Origin: Tubulanus polymorphus
Lineage: Eukaryota > Animalia > Nemertea
Length of the DNA: 64,000 nucleotides
Assembly (NCBI RefSeq): GCF_964204645.1
Contig: NC_134025.1
Coordinates: 22,362,299 to 22,426,298, forward strand
Reading direction: 5' to 3'
The notes under the pieces are model-generated. The model saw nothing but the letters and a program-made list of their open reading frames with translations, searched no databases and had not been told where the DNA came from. Both the position numbers and the translations under genes were made by a program. Below, one piece after another: positions 1-14,806 of the stretch; position 1 is the first letter of the stretch, and each line of letters opens with the position of its first letter.

Positions 1-135
1 GGAAACAGTTCTGAGTAAAAAAAATTGACAAGGGCCAATATTTTGGAAAAAAAAACTTATTTTAACCTTACGACGGTAACTCCGCCAGAACTGGGTCAGG
101 GTTAGATTCACTCATCGTTTTCTCGTCTTGTTTAG

Positions 136-887
136 CTCAAGATAATCATTCCGGGATGAAAGATTCGTCGTCATTAACAGTAGCCGCAAACTCCTCATCG
201 GTGGTCACTTATTTAGAACATGTGTTTGATCGAGCCAAAACTAAATACGAAAACAACGCGTATCTGCATTGGTTCTGGAAACATGGTTGTTGCAAGGTAG
301 GTTTGGATGTGACCACTATGTCGCTTGATATAGAGTAGACTCTGCCAATAGTACTACTGTACTTATATTCCTTCCATACTAAGCTTCTGTCTACTTAACT
401 AATACCGGTATTCCTTCAACCAACTTGAGTGTTTTTCACACCTTAGAAAGAAAATCGCCAGTCGAAAAATTAGTTTATTAGTTTGTAAATATGTATGTGA
501 GGTTGAGAGAAATGAAGATTTTGAAGGCTGTCTGCAAATTAGTCCACACGAATTCACTTGTAGAAGAGTCTAGAGTAAAATAGAAAAGCAAAGACCTGGT
601 TCCACAGATGTGAGTTAGGGTTAACTCTGAGTTAAAATTCAGTTTGTTTTCAATGAGTTAAATCTTAACTCACACCGTGCAACTGGGTATAGGGAGATAA
701 TGCTTTGATACTACGATTTTAGTCCACTTCAAGTTGGATGGAATTAAAAAACATACCAGTAACTACTGATTGTGCCTTTTTTGTCTCAGTATTGAATGAC
801 TTCAAAATTCAATTTCAGACTGACTTTGAAAATGCATTCGATACAATCAACTCGGTGATTGATAGTTATAAATCAGCCACAAGTTGA
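136..887 (+). CDS. Last two coding exons of a delta/zeta-class tubulin (zeta-like favoured); 5' part lies outside the window
   Basis: Exons 136-296 (tttag|...aag|gtagg) and 819-887 (ttcag|...tga) join in frame to give ...DSSSLTVAANSSSVVTYLEHVFDRAKTKYENNAYLHWFWKHGCCKTDFENAFDTINSVIDSYKSATS*. This fits the tubulin C-terminal pattern (AYLHW..G...DF..AF..I..VI..Y) with no acidic tail. AATAAA at 1071-1076. Confidence 0.8.
594..688. mobile_element. Short palindromic MITE (family with ccagttccacag...ctgtggaactgg ends)
   Basis: Imperfect inverted ends (ttccacagatgtgagtta / taactcacaccgtgcaa). A related copy lies at 40373-40474. Confidence 0.6.
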
Positions 888-912
888 AAGCTGATCGAAG
901 ACACTGGACCTT

Positions 913-976
913 AATGCTGGACATTAATGATGATTTATCATACTCAATGCTGGACATTAATGATGATTTATCATAT
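913..976 (+). repeat. 33-bp tandem duplication in the tubulin 3' UTR
   Basis: aatgctggacattaatgatgatttatcata occurs twice with a 33-bp period. Confidence 0.9.
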
Positions 977-1397
977 TGCTGGCATCACTGGATTTTGCCA
1001 GTGGAATATTTTCTATTGTTCTGTTCTATTATATACACAGTTATATATATTTTCATACTTTTTTTGATATAATAAAGATAACTATAACTTTAATACAATC
1101 TATTTCTTCTATATGATGTGTTTCTAATTCTGTTAGTCACCTGATTAAGTGAGGTCCCAGTCTATTAGATCTATTTATAGCCACTATTAACATAAATTTA
1201 TGAGAAATGCGTTTAATCCTGATTTTTCATGAACTGAATTAAAGTTAATCCCACCTAACTGGGACATGGATAGCCAACATGGATTCTTGATTAACTCGGA
1301 TAGAAATGAACATATTTCCAGACTCCTTTACATTTTTCTGATCCTCAACTCGCACCAGTTTTCCCAGACCCAGTCTGGGCTATTGAAGCAATGTTTA

Positions 1398-1543
1398 GGG
1401 ATCATTCATTTATTACGTACGCATAAGATTTTTCAACTCCCCCTCCACCTCTGTACGCAGAATCGGCCATTTTATCATATGCATTACAGTATGCAATTGC
1501 ACTGACCCCTCCCCTAATGCGTACGTTTTAAATGAATGACCCC
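1398..1543. mobile_element. PIF/Harbinger-like MITE
   Basis: TIRs gggatcattcatttattacgtacgcat / atgcgtacgttttaaatgaatgacccc, flanked by TTA at 1395-1397 and 1544-1546. Confidence 0.75.
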
Positions 1544-2625
1544 TTAAAGTATTTCAATTTCTCCCTGATAATGTGGGTTTTACTAGATAAAGAGGAAATG
1601 TCTGGGACTCAGTGTAGCTGATTTTCTATCCAAATTTTTCGTGGATCATCGATTGACACCTGATAATCGCAAATTCAAGAAGTTGAGTGTCTCTCAAGTT
1701 AGTTGGGAATAGCAAGGATGCCTGGCCACCGCTGTGGAATTGTATTACTGATGCCAGGTAGAGACCAATTAGCGTAACAAATGAAGCCATGCCGGTAGCC
1801 TATGTATGAACAAACAAACAAACGAATTCAAGTTATATATTATATTAAAGAACTATTTTATTTATATGCACCATTATACCTTCATCAACACTGCAAAATA
1901 CATAATGCAACTAGCAGGCAATCATTTTTCAAACTGACCACATCGTGAAAACTACATCTATAATGTATATCAAAAGTGGAAGATCTGTGAATTGAAATAC
2001 AGTCATGTATTATGAATTGGTGAGGCGTGATTCCAAGACGTCACTAAAATCGATAAGGCAAACTAGTTATATTCCATAAACATTAAAAAAACACATGTAA
2101 ATGATATGTATATAGTGAATTTGTGCTTGATAAACGATCCTATAAACTGAGCCGATGTCTCTAGTAATGACAGTTTCAAATCATTAAATGATTTAACAGA
2201 AAAACGTTTCACACGAATCTGGCTTAAAATCAAGTCTCCGAGATAAAAAGATGCATACCCGGTATATAAAATATACGAATTTAGTCTTTTTTCAAAGCTG
2301 CCCATTTTTCATCGAAGACAGTGAAATCTCATTCTTAAGCAGCCGGATATACCGGTACCTAGTAGCATTGTACTTCAAAATGCTTACACATATTATCTGA
2401 CCAACCCTTGGCATTAGGATGAAATATCATGAGATAATTGCTAACTTCAGCATCAACCTACTAAGTCCTACTTTCACAGATGGTACAAATACGATACAAT
2501 AAGGTGTACTCCATAAATGATACAACATTGAGGATGGGAACTTATAATTTGTTACTTTCGGTATGAAATCAATATGCGGGTGAACCCTCTTAAGATCATC
2601 ATAAAAGGTTGAAAATTGAAAATTC

Positions 2626-2918
2626 CAAGGGTGGATTTAGGATTCTTTGAAGGAGTGGACCTGAAAATTAGAATGTGCGCTTAATTTGGAAAGGGCAGAT
2701 TTGGCAATGCGAGGGCTGTAAGCGCAAACATTCATTTGGTTTCTGGTGGCCCTCAAAAGAAAACTTAGGACAAAAAGGGGCTTTACTGGCCCTTGCATAT
2801 GAATTCATTTTCCATCTTTGTAAAATTCTCTTTAAAAAAAAATTCCAGACTTTGGGAGGCATATTCGAATTTTGAAGGGGGTGGACCAGTCCAGTCCACC
2901 CCACTAAATCCGCCCTTG
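2626..2918. mobile_element. Non-autonomous DNA element (caggggcggatc-type ends)
   Basis: Ends caaggggtggatttag / ctaaatccgcccttg. Similar termini occur near 12165, 34448-34694, 41166-41373, 45614-45803 and 57550. No TSD is visible. Confidence 0.6.
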
Positions 2919-2972
2919 AGTTCTAATTGAGTTCATACCTGCAGTAACTACTACCACAGGGAAGAAAACCTT

Positions 2973-5900
2973 TTACATCTTAGCCGGTTTATTAGAACGA
3001 GGTTTCACTGTACGACGATGCGCTGAAAATAAAATGCCGTAAAATATTTTTATCACGTTGCACCGAGTTGTTTCATGTCAGTAGCACCGTGTAATTGAGC
3101 TAGTTTACTCATAAGATGATAGATTAATCCCGCCTGTTTAGTCCGTATAGAAACACCGGTTCGAGGAGCGTTTTTTAAACGTATTTGCAACGTCGCCCAT
3201 TCGTTATCACAGATCCAGTCTATATCGGTGTAATTGAAACTTTGCAGCATCATCTGAAAATGAGAATTATACATTAGAATATATGAAAGATCAACAACAG
3301 CCAGAACACAACAGAGTAGATGACTACCTCCATAAAACCCCTCATGGATCATTTTAATGGATATATCTACCCATTTTCAGAAAACAGGCAATTTGTTATG
3401 CTTCGTAGCCATTTCAAGGAATTAAACTCATTAGGCAATTCGATTGTGGAACAATGTGCACTTTAGGGAGGTAGCCTCTTCCTCTGAATAATTTAATCAC
3501 CTTATTATGACCATGTATGATATGAATTCCTATATCGTTAACACCAATGTACACAGCCACTGGACTCTTTGATGACTGCAATAAAAAACAGAAATGTTAT
3601 CAGCTACTTCTAGAGAAGACCTGCATGAGATCAATTAAACCACACATACACAAATCACACATTTCAAATTACCTTCATGTTGACATATCCAGTGAAGAAG
3701 GCCGACCCGTACACAGTCAGATTCCAACATAGCGTCAGAAATCTGAATTTCAAATCTTCGACAGTTTTATCTTTGATGTGAAGAGAAACCTGTTTGTACC
3801 GCGCCGGTAATTTACTGGTCCAGTTCATACCGCGGGTCTTCAACTTCCCAACCGGAATCAAAGTCTGCAGATTCTTATCGCTAGAAATATACGCAAAAAA
3901 CAATGGTAAATTATTCAAGAACCCTACAACCACCAGGGGGTGGGGTGAAACTATGCATTGCAGAGGGCAGTGGAAGACCAATAGCTTACTCAACCACTGA
4001 GGCTTTGGGTGCATCAATTTATTTTGTCTTTAATACAGACAATATAAGATAGGCATGAATATATATATAGTCAATTAAGTTCCAGTATGTAAATCTTCGA
4101 TATACTCACTTGGAAAAGAATGCCTTTGCTTTCTTTTGATCATAATCTCCTTGATTCAGTTGTAACAGTAAAGCACCGAGTATGATGGCATCTTCATCAG
4201 CACATGGATAAAGAGATTTGATGTAATTCTGATAAGCTTCGTGGAAAAGTAGATGAATAGCCACGGAACTGCGAACCTGAAAAGTGTCCACACTAGAGGT
4301 ATCAATAAACAATTCAATGCTTGGATTTGCATCAGGAAATCATATTCTTCAATTTAACTCCAAGGAGTTATCTCAAGAGTAGTGGGCCTATGCTGCCATT
4401 GCAAGTTGTCTTTTCTTGTTAGCTGTACAATATTTCCACATTGACTTTTCATTACTTCTGTAGCTGACCAGTAGAAAATAACACCACTTCATTCTGAGTG
4501 TTTAGTTAATTATAATTTCTATAGGCGATGATGGATCACTGAATGTATGTACAAGCATATATGCATACCTTTCTTTCTTCAATGATGCTTAACCGTGCAT
4601 CTCGCTTCCAAAATAACTTCGGATCCTCTTTTTGCGGATCGAAATCAGTCAACATGCGAACTATCTTACGTTTCCAGTCATTCAAATGCTGTACTGGTTT
4701 GTGTTCATACTTCAACTGTAATTCTACAATAGTAAGTAGTAGGCTTAGTTTTAGTTGAAATATCACATTATAGCGAACATCAGATTTGGTTTTATTGATC
4801 GCCTTTTCGCAATACTCACGTAAATACTTAGAACATATCCAAATAGTGAATAGCTGGCCACTCTGGTCAGCTATATCTAATTCCTACAAAAGTGTAATAC
4901 AATAGGCTAAGAAACTTGATCTTCTGCTTAATATTACTTAATTTTATGAAGATTTTTTTAGGATAATTCTACTAAACTTACTCTGATCATTTGTTGATGT
5001 AATTCCTGAACAGTAGTATTAGCACCAGATGTTAGACTTAACATCCTAAATGTACCATCCATTAAATGCACTTGTACTTTCGGAGCCTGTAAAAACAAGA
5101 TCGTGCGAATAGATAAGAAAAATCAGTGGAGCTTTTCGACTCGAACGTCTTTAGCTATCAACTTACTGGACTCTCCATAGCTTTCTGGATCATTTTTGCA
5201 CAACTTTGCCAATCGGGTTTAGGGACATGCTCGCATAAATCGACAGCCATTTTTCCCTCTTTATCTTTGACTTTCTGAAGGCAAACAAAGGTTGAATTAT
5301 CGCGTGATGCATGCAGATAACTGGATAGAAAACCACTACCAAGAGGTTGTAAAAACTAAACTAAACGTTTTGCATTCTTTGCTGTTTACAAAAGTTCTTG
5401 CTTGATAAGAACTACTATTACTAATGACAAACATTCTGTGATGAGTTTAATATAATGAAAAAAGTTAGTCTTGACTGGTGTTTCAAAAATTCTTACTGCA
5501 TCAATGTCCCGATGGTTTAATAATTCCTCGACTACTTTGCAATGTCCACACAACGCCGCAAAATGTAAAGGCGTCGAATTGCTATCATTAGCTATGTTCG
5601 GAGAACACTCTCCTTCCCTGAGTAGGATTTTGACAGTTTCTAAATGTCCATGCCTGAAAAGACATTGGGAGAAAACCGTAGCGAAACTTGATAGCAGATA
5701 CTATACTAAGCTGTCATATTAAATCATTAGTAAAACGTACCAAGCAGCGTAATGTATGGGAGTCCATGAATCTCGATCTTTCTGCGCAACTGAATACCCT
5801 TTACGTAGCAACTCGCGAACACCAGTTATGTCACCTTGATATGCACATTTATGCAGTGGATATTCTTCAATCCAACTATCGCTATATAAAGTAAAACAAA

Positions 5901-8677
5901 GATTTATGTCTGCTGTACACTTGTCTATCTCAGGACTTTCTTATCTTGCCTTAATATACGAAAAGGATAATAGCCTGGGGCCAGTTGCTCAAAAGTTGAT
6001 TAGAGTTAACCAGTGGATCTAGCTGACATTGGCAATTGAAAGTTCATTGTTACTATGGTATTTATCCGCCGGTTATCTTTAACCAACTTTTGAGCAACTG
6101 GTTCAGGCCTTCACTTAACGCATAACTCTATATCAAGACTACATGATGTAGCATTACTGTAGTTTCGCTAGATGCAAAGCATTTATTCTATAAACAAGAT
6201 TGCAACAAACCTTAAAGATGCCTTATCAATGGAGTTTTCGGGAGCTTTGATTTTCCTATAGTCCGGTTTTCCCATTAGCCAGTAGTCGTTAATCGCAAAT
6301 GAATCGACCTAGTAATAACATTTTACATAAATGATTTCGGTATATTCAAATCTAAACGCTTCAATCGAGTGAGAATAACTACTACTATTGGGGCCAGATC
6401 CAGATCATATCTATGAAATGAAATATTTGCTCTTTAGCCGCATACGAATTCGTAACATCTCAGAAATGAGCACCACTCAAAATCAGCACGTCATTCTTTC
6501 CATCGATCAGATTCTCGAGGTCGAAAATTCGCCCCAATTTGCCCTTTTCAAGTCAATTATATGATTTACGATTTCTATCGGATCTGCCCCCGAACATAAG
6601 TACATGTCAAGACTCTACAGATGTTACTACATCCTCGATGAATATATTTCATTTACCTGAATCAACCGTATCGATTGCTAGGGTTCGTAAAAAGAAACAC
6701 AGTCATTTTCAACTTTCATTTGATTAAAGTTTGTCAATGAATATGCCGTTGGAGACAGCGTTTAAACCTACCTTATTTTTATACGGTAATCCAGATCCGA
6801 ACAACGGATTAATCACGACGATATCGCACTTTTCGAAGGCCATCATTTTCGCTAGCGCCCCGTTAGCCGTCTGACGCATTTCTTCCGCCTGGATGTCGGT
6901 GACATCTAACTGGCTGCCAGTTTTCACGGACGTAGGTGGAGGGGATATATAGGCGGGATTGGTTACGACGGTTCTCACGCGGAAATCAGCCGCCATTCGA
7001 AACAGAGCTTCCATAAATCCGGCAATAGCGTGTTTGTCTCTCAACCAACTGAAAAATTTATCGTCATATTTACCGCACGTTAAAATTTGATCGTTTGCAA
7101 TTCAATCAAATTGTTTGAGTTGTCAAATCAAACAGGAGCATAAATCTTATTTTGAGATCTTATTTTGATTTTATCTTGTATTCAATTGATACGGTACTAT
7201 GCATCCTCGTCACTGTTTTTCATTTAAGGCAAGATTGCATGATTTTCCCATGCATCGTTTTTCAAGGAGTCCACTACAACTTTAAGACATTTGCTATACT
7301 TCCTCATTCATTTCACCCAGTCTGCTATCTCATTCTCTGAGAACCCTTTCAGTCAAACAGATTTTTTCTCAGTTTTAGTTAAGACTGTATTTCCTAGACA
7401 ATCAAAATCTATAACATCTCAAACCTGACACAACTGATGAGACAACATCAGAATAGGGATTCTAAAATGATCCTTAAATCTTTCAATAGTTCAAAAATGT
7501 GTCAACTGTCACTAACTACCCTTCTGATCAATTAAAACAAGACAAATATTCCAGAAATACTAACTAATAGATTTCAAATTGAACTACATGTACATACTTT
7601 TCTAGTCTCCTCAACATATACTTGGTCTGTTTCGAGTAGACCATAGGGTTATTGTGCGAATCGAGAATCGCGTCCAAACTTGAGAAACGTGGATTTCTAG
7701 GCACGTTATCAACGAACGCTGGATTCAATTTCTCTGCATGAATTAAAAAGAAAAAGGTAAAGGTTTACAATGACGGGACTGGCATTTCATCAACTTCATT
7801 TTTAGTACATAGTAGTACTATGCACTTAAGTAGTAGTAGACCTAATGTAGATAGGCTACAGCTCCACAGCTTTGCAGAATTACCACGCTTGTTCAAGGTG
7901 CATTTGTTTAGTCTCATGCCTACGCTGTCACCAATATTCTACCTCCCATCAAGTCCTGGGGCCGGTCCATAGTAGTGACTTGAATCCAAAAGTGATCTCA
8001 AATGGTCTTTAATTGTTAGATTGGCTAAAGACCTAAGATGATCTTGCCTGGTCTCAAGTTTATGACATTACTATGGAACTGGCAACGGCCTAGTAGCTCG
8101 AAGTTGGTTGAAGTTGATCATGGAATAGATGCTGTGGCAACTACAATGCAGTTTTAATTGTCTACTAGATGGCAAACTGGTACAAGTTACTACTGCGTGA
8201 AGTATAAACTGTCTAATTTACCTCTGGCATCAATCGGTATACAGAACAACGCTCCCTTAGTGTACGACTCCCTTGAGCTGCCGTGTTCGGAAGCTGGTTC
8301 ATTTCTAACTGGTGGCACATATAGCACGCGTCGACCTGATTTAGAAAAAAATAATAGTCACTTCATCTTAAGATTGTCAACCTACCATCTGAAAATTCTT
8401 TCAAATTTTGAGTGGAAAGTGAGGGATTTTCATGGCAGACCTATACTTAACAAACTTTACCTTTAAGCCCTCCTTTATCTGCTCCTGTCATTTGATAAAC
8501 CGCCTTCAAGATATATTCAGGTGGATCCTCATTGTACGGCATAGAAATCCTCGGTATCTGACGCACCGGTTTACCTTTATCCGACGCCAGAAGCATAATG
8601 TCGAAGTTTCTCGGACGGAAATCGTGATTTTGTGACAGCCTTAATTTCGGACGAATGACAGCCAATAACGCATCCAT
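2973..8677 (-). CDS. KRIT1: Krev interaction trapped protein 1 (CCM1): N-terminal Nudix-like region, NPxY/F motifs, ankyrin repeats, FERM domain
   Basis: Exons 8677-8461, 8335-8222, 7733-7598, 7048-6772, 6308-6211, 5881-5741, 5653-5497, 5274-5167, 5086-4982, 4883-4820, 4723-4569, 4276-4110, 3880-3673, 3575-3501 and 3253-3053 (or 3253-3088 plus 3022-2973) have GT-AG junctions in consistent phase. Peptides: AVIRPK, VVTNPAY, VVINPLFGSGL, YPLHKCAYQGD, DSWTPIHYAAW, VHLMDGTFR, LQLKYEHKP, YGSAFFTG, IRTKQAGLI. Confidence 0.95.
5981..6101. mobile_element. MITE in a KRIT1 intron
   Basis: 18-bp TIR ccagttgctcaaaagttg / caacttttgagcaactgg. Confidence 0.75.
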
Positions 8678-9038
8678 TTTCCGGTCAACCCTAGGCTACT
8701 TCTTCCTTATCTCTCCCCTGATCGCTAATTCGACGACATTACGTCAAAATTCGTAGGTGATATTCATAACGCCACGGTAGCTGCATACTACATGGTTGGC
8801 CCATGATCTGTCATGCTATAATTGATTAACATAAATAAGTAAAACATGAGTAGGTCTAACACGTCATTATGGTTCAACATCTTGCTCCAGTCAGGTTTTG
8901 AATTAGGCATAGGCCTAGTGCCGAATACCAGACGATGTACAGGTCCCCCTATGTTATTAAGGAACAACGACTAGTAGTACAAGACTAGATTTGAATTTGC
9001 ATAAAATGAAAGGGATTTAGACCTTTCTTGGTTGGAAA

Positions 9039-10271
9039 CACAGGGGCTCGTATCAGAGTTGTAGGTAATGTAAAAACGATAATCTGTTAATCCAATGTAT
9101 ATAGTATATATAAAATAACAAGGGGCTAACGACGCTCACAAACAACTCAACTTCGGTCGCTTACTATTTCGTTATTTCTCATCCGATTTTGATAATCCAG
9201 GCATGATATGAAAGCTAATAGCCTCCTGCTTCTAACGAAACCAATCCCGTTAACTTCCGATGAATAGTTCGTGAATTATATGTCTTTGAACGCGAAATTA
9301 CGGCCGAAATCGCCTGGACCGAAAATGCTATGACGCCGGTTTTTGCCGATTTCGAAATTTAAAACGTTGAGTTCGACGCGAAATCCTTCACCGATTTCGA
9401 TAATCGAGGGCTTCAAATGCGCAAAACATTCTATATTTTCTAAATATTGCGGTTGTTTCGTTAATCCATACGATCTTCCAGCTTTGCAAACGCGAATTTT
9501 CCGATTTTACGTCAATTCACGAACTCCATGCGCGATCTCAAAATGGCGACTGTCATCTCCCACAATGCTTAGCGCAATACCGAACCGAAATGAATTTTAT
9601 TTCCAATTTATTTTCTGTGTATATTTACGTGAAATTCAGAATCTATTATAACCGGATCATGTTCATTCTAGCTTAAATAAGATAAAACATTATTTGATTG
9701 AATTGTTACGAAATAAAATTCACTGCGGACCTGTTGCTAGTTCAAGTTCATGGTCGCCATCTTGAGATCGCCTGTCGAGTGCGTGAATTGACGTAAAATC
9801 GGAAAATTCGCGTTTGCAAAGCCAAAGCTGGAAGATCGTATGGATTAACAAAACAACCGCAATATTTAGAAAATATCGAATGTTTTGCGCATTTAAAGCC
9901 CTCGATCATCAAAATCGGTGAAGGATTTCGTGTCGAACTCAACGTTTTAAATTTCGAAATCGGCAAAAACCGGCGTCATAGCATTTTCGGTCCAGGCGAT
10001 TTCGGCCGTAATTTCGCGTTCAAAGACATATAATTCACGAACTATTCATCGGAAATTAACGGGATTAGTTTCGTTAGAAGCAGGAAGCTATTAGCTTTCA
10101 TATCATGCCTGGATTATCAAAATCAGATGAGAAATAACGAAATAGTAAGCGACCGAAGTTGAGTTGTTTGTGAGCGTCGTTAGCCCCCTTGTTATTTTAT
10201 ATATACTATATACATTGGATTAACAGATTATCGTTTTTACATTAACTACAACTCTGATACGAGCCCCTGTG
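9039..10271. mobile_element. Foldback-type non-autonomous DNA transposon with ~510-bp terminal inverted repeats (P-element-like or hAT-like)
   Basis: Arms 9039-9550 and 9753-10271 are near-identical reverse complements (cacaggggctcgtatcagagttgtag... / ...ctacaactctgatacgagcccctgtg). Exact 8-bp TSD GTTGGAAA at 9031-9038 and 10272-10279. Confidence 0.95.
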
Positions 10272-11429
10272 GTTGGAAAAGGAAATTACTGGTCGATGGT
10301 TTTTTGGTGAGATAGCTGATAGGTAGCCAAGATTTTTCGAACCGATCCTGTTTCGCTCACAGCAGATGTCGCAATGTAAACGAACTTCAGTTTCTAGCAG
10401 GGCTTAACAACTTTAAAAAAGTTTTTCAAATTTTATCAGATGAACGATTCGTTGAACCATATTTAACGACAATAAATATTAGTTTGCATTGAAAAAACTT
10501 TTAGGGTGTGGCGTCCTAAATCAGCTCTCTGTGAAAACTTTCGCAGAAAATGGCTAGTAGAAATCATGAATCAATGCCTTCATAACTAAATACGGTTTAA
10601 TTTATAGTTGTTACAGCTGTAATAGCTGATATAATCAACTTCAAACGTACCATTCAAACGTTAACAACATATTTGACAGTTGGGACCAATTCAATTCAAT
10701 GACACCAGATAAGGGTGGCTCCGATAATATCTGCATCGGGAGTTTCATAAACCCGGAGCAGATTTGGAGTGAGGAGTTTATCTCCGGTCACCGAGAACCA
10801 ATTCCCTTTAGCCATTACACCGAGATTCTTAATAGTATGCCAAGTGTTAATGGAGAAGGCCCTTAATTCATGCTTTTTCTTCACTGAGAACCTTAGTGTC
10901 TATCTTCGCTATCGCATCCCCTGAATTGAGCCAGTCAACGAACTACATGATGTGACTGGGTGGGTGGTTCACAAGCTCTTAGCACACGCAGTACACAGAG
11001 CGCCGCGAACCAGCCACTTTCAGGACTGGGTGAAACTTTTTCGAGAAACCTGATGATTCGTCCACCAACTGCTACAAAAATCCTCATCCGTGAATATTAC
11101 TGAATACAACAAATTGTTCAATACGTATATATGTATTTAGCAAGTAGTAATTCCCCTTACAACAATAGTTTATCAATAAAAACAAACGCAGCTCTCAAAA
11201 ACATATTAGACAACACTAAAAATATGAATAGCTGAACAAACCAAATGCAATAAGCAACGCAATTAACTTACTGAAGCACAGAGAATGCCACCATCAGAGC
11301 CCAGCTCGTTGTGCAAAAAATCAATCCCAATGTGTATATCGTACTAAAATATAATTTACCCATCTTACATATACAGGGGTACATTCTATTAATTTTTTCA
11401 TAACGTACAAATAGATAATGCGCGTTCGA

Positions 11430-14600
<3,171 letters not shown>

Positions 14601-14806
14601 CACGACGAGCCGAAATAAAACGCGATTGAAGAGAGAAAATCAGCAGAAATTCCGGATTTGATCGCACGACGAATGAAACAATCTCCCGGACGACAAGTCT
14701 CGCGAGACTTAGGCGTGACTAGCGAGAATTATAAAATGGCGGCGACGACGTAATTTGCAATCGGGGCAAAAACAAATCAAAAATCTCATCTCTACAGAGC
14801 TGGACG
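14601..14806. promoter_or_regulatory. Compact bidirectional promoter shared by CNPPD1 and DIP2
   Basis: Divergent ATGs at 14600 (-) and 14807 (+) flank a CpG-rich spacer. It holds a 16-bp palindrome aagTCTCGCGAGActt at 14695-14710 and a YY1-type aaaATGGCGGC at 14733-14743. Confidence 0.8.

Noticed and set aside
884-1072. 62-aa ORF with repeated MLDINDDLSY
   Set aside because: It is a by-product of the 33-bp duplication in the tubulin 3' UTR.
5741-5881. Suspected frameshift in the first KRIT1 ankyrin exon
   Set aside because: Re-reading gives an intact frame (GDITGVRELLRKG), so KRIT1 is not a pseudogene.
9343-9966. Twin ORFs MPISKFKTLSSTRNP... on opposite strands
   Set aside because: They are mirror images created by the transposon arms, start at TTG, and resemble no protein family I recognise.
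10900-11060. RNase P/MRP, telomerase RNA or hammerhead identity for the structured segment
   Set aside because: There is only a partial CAATTCAG resemblance with no CR-I motif, no telomeric template, and CTGATGA/GAAA lack hammerhead stems.
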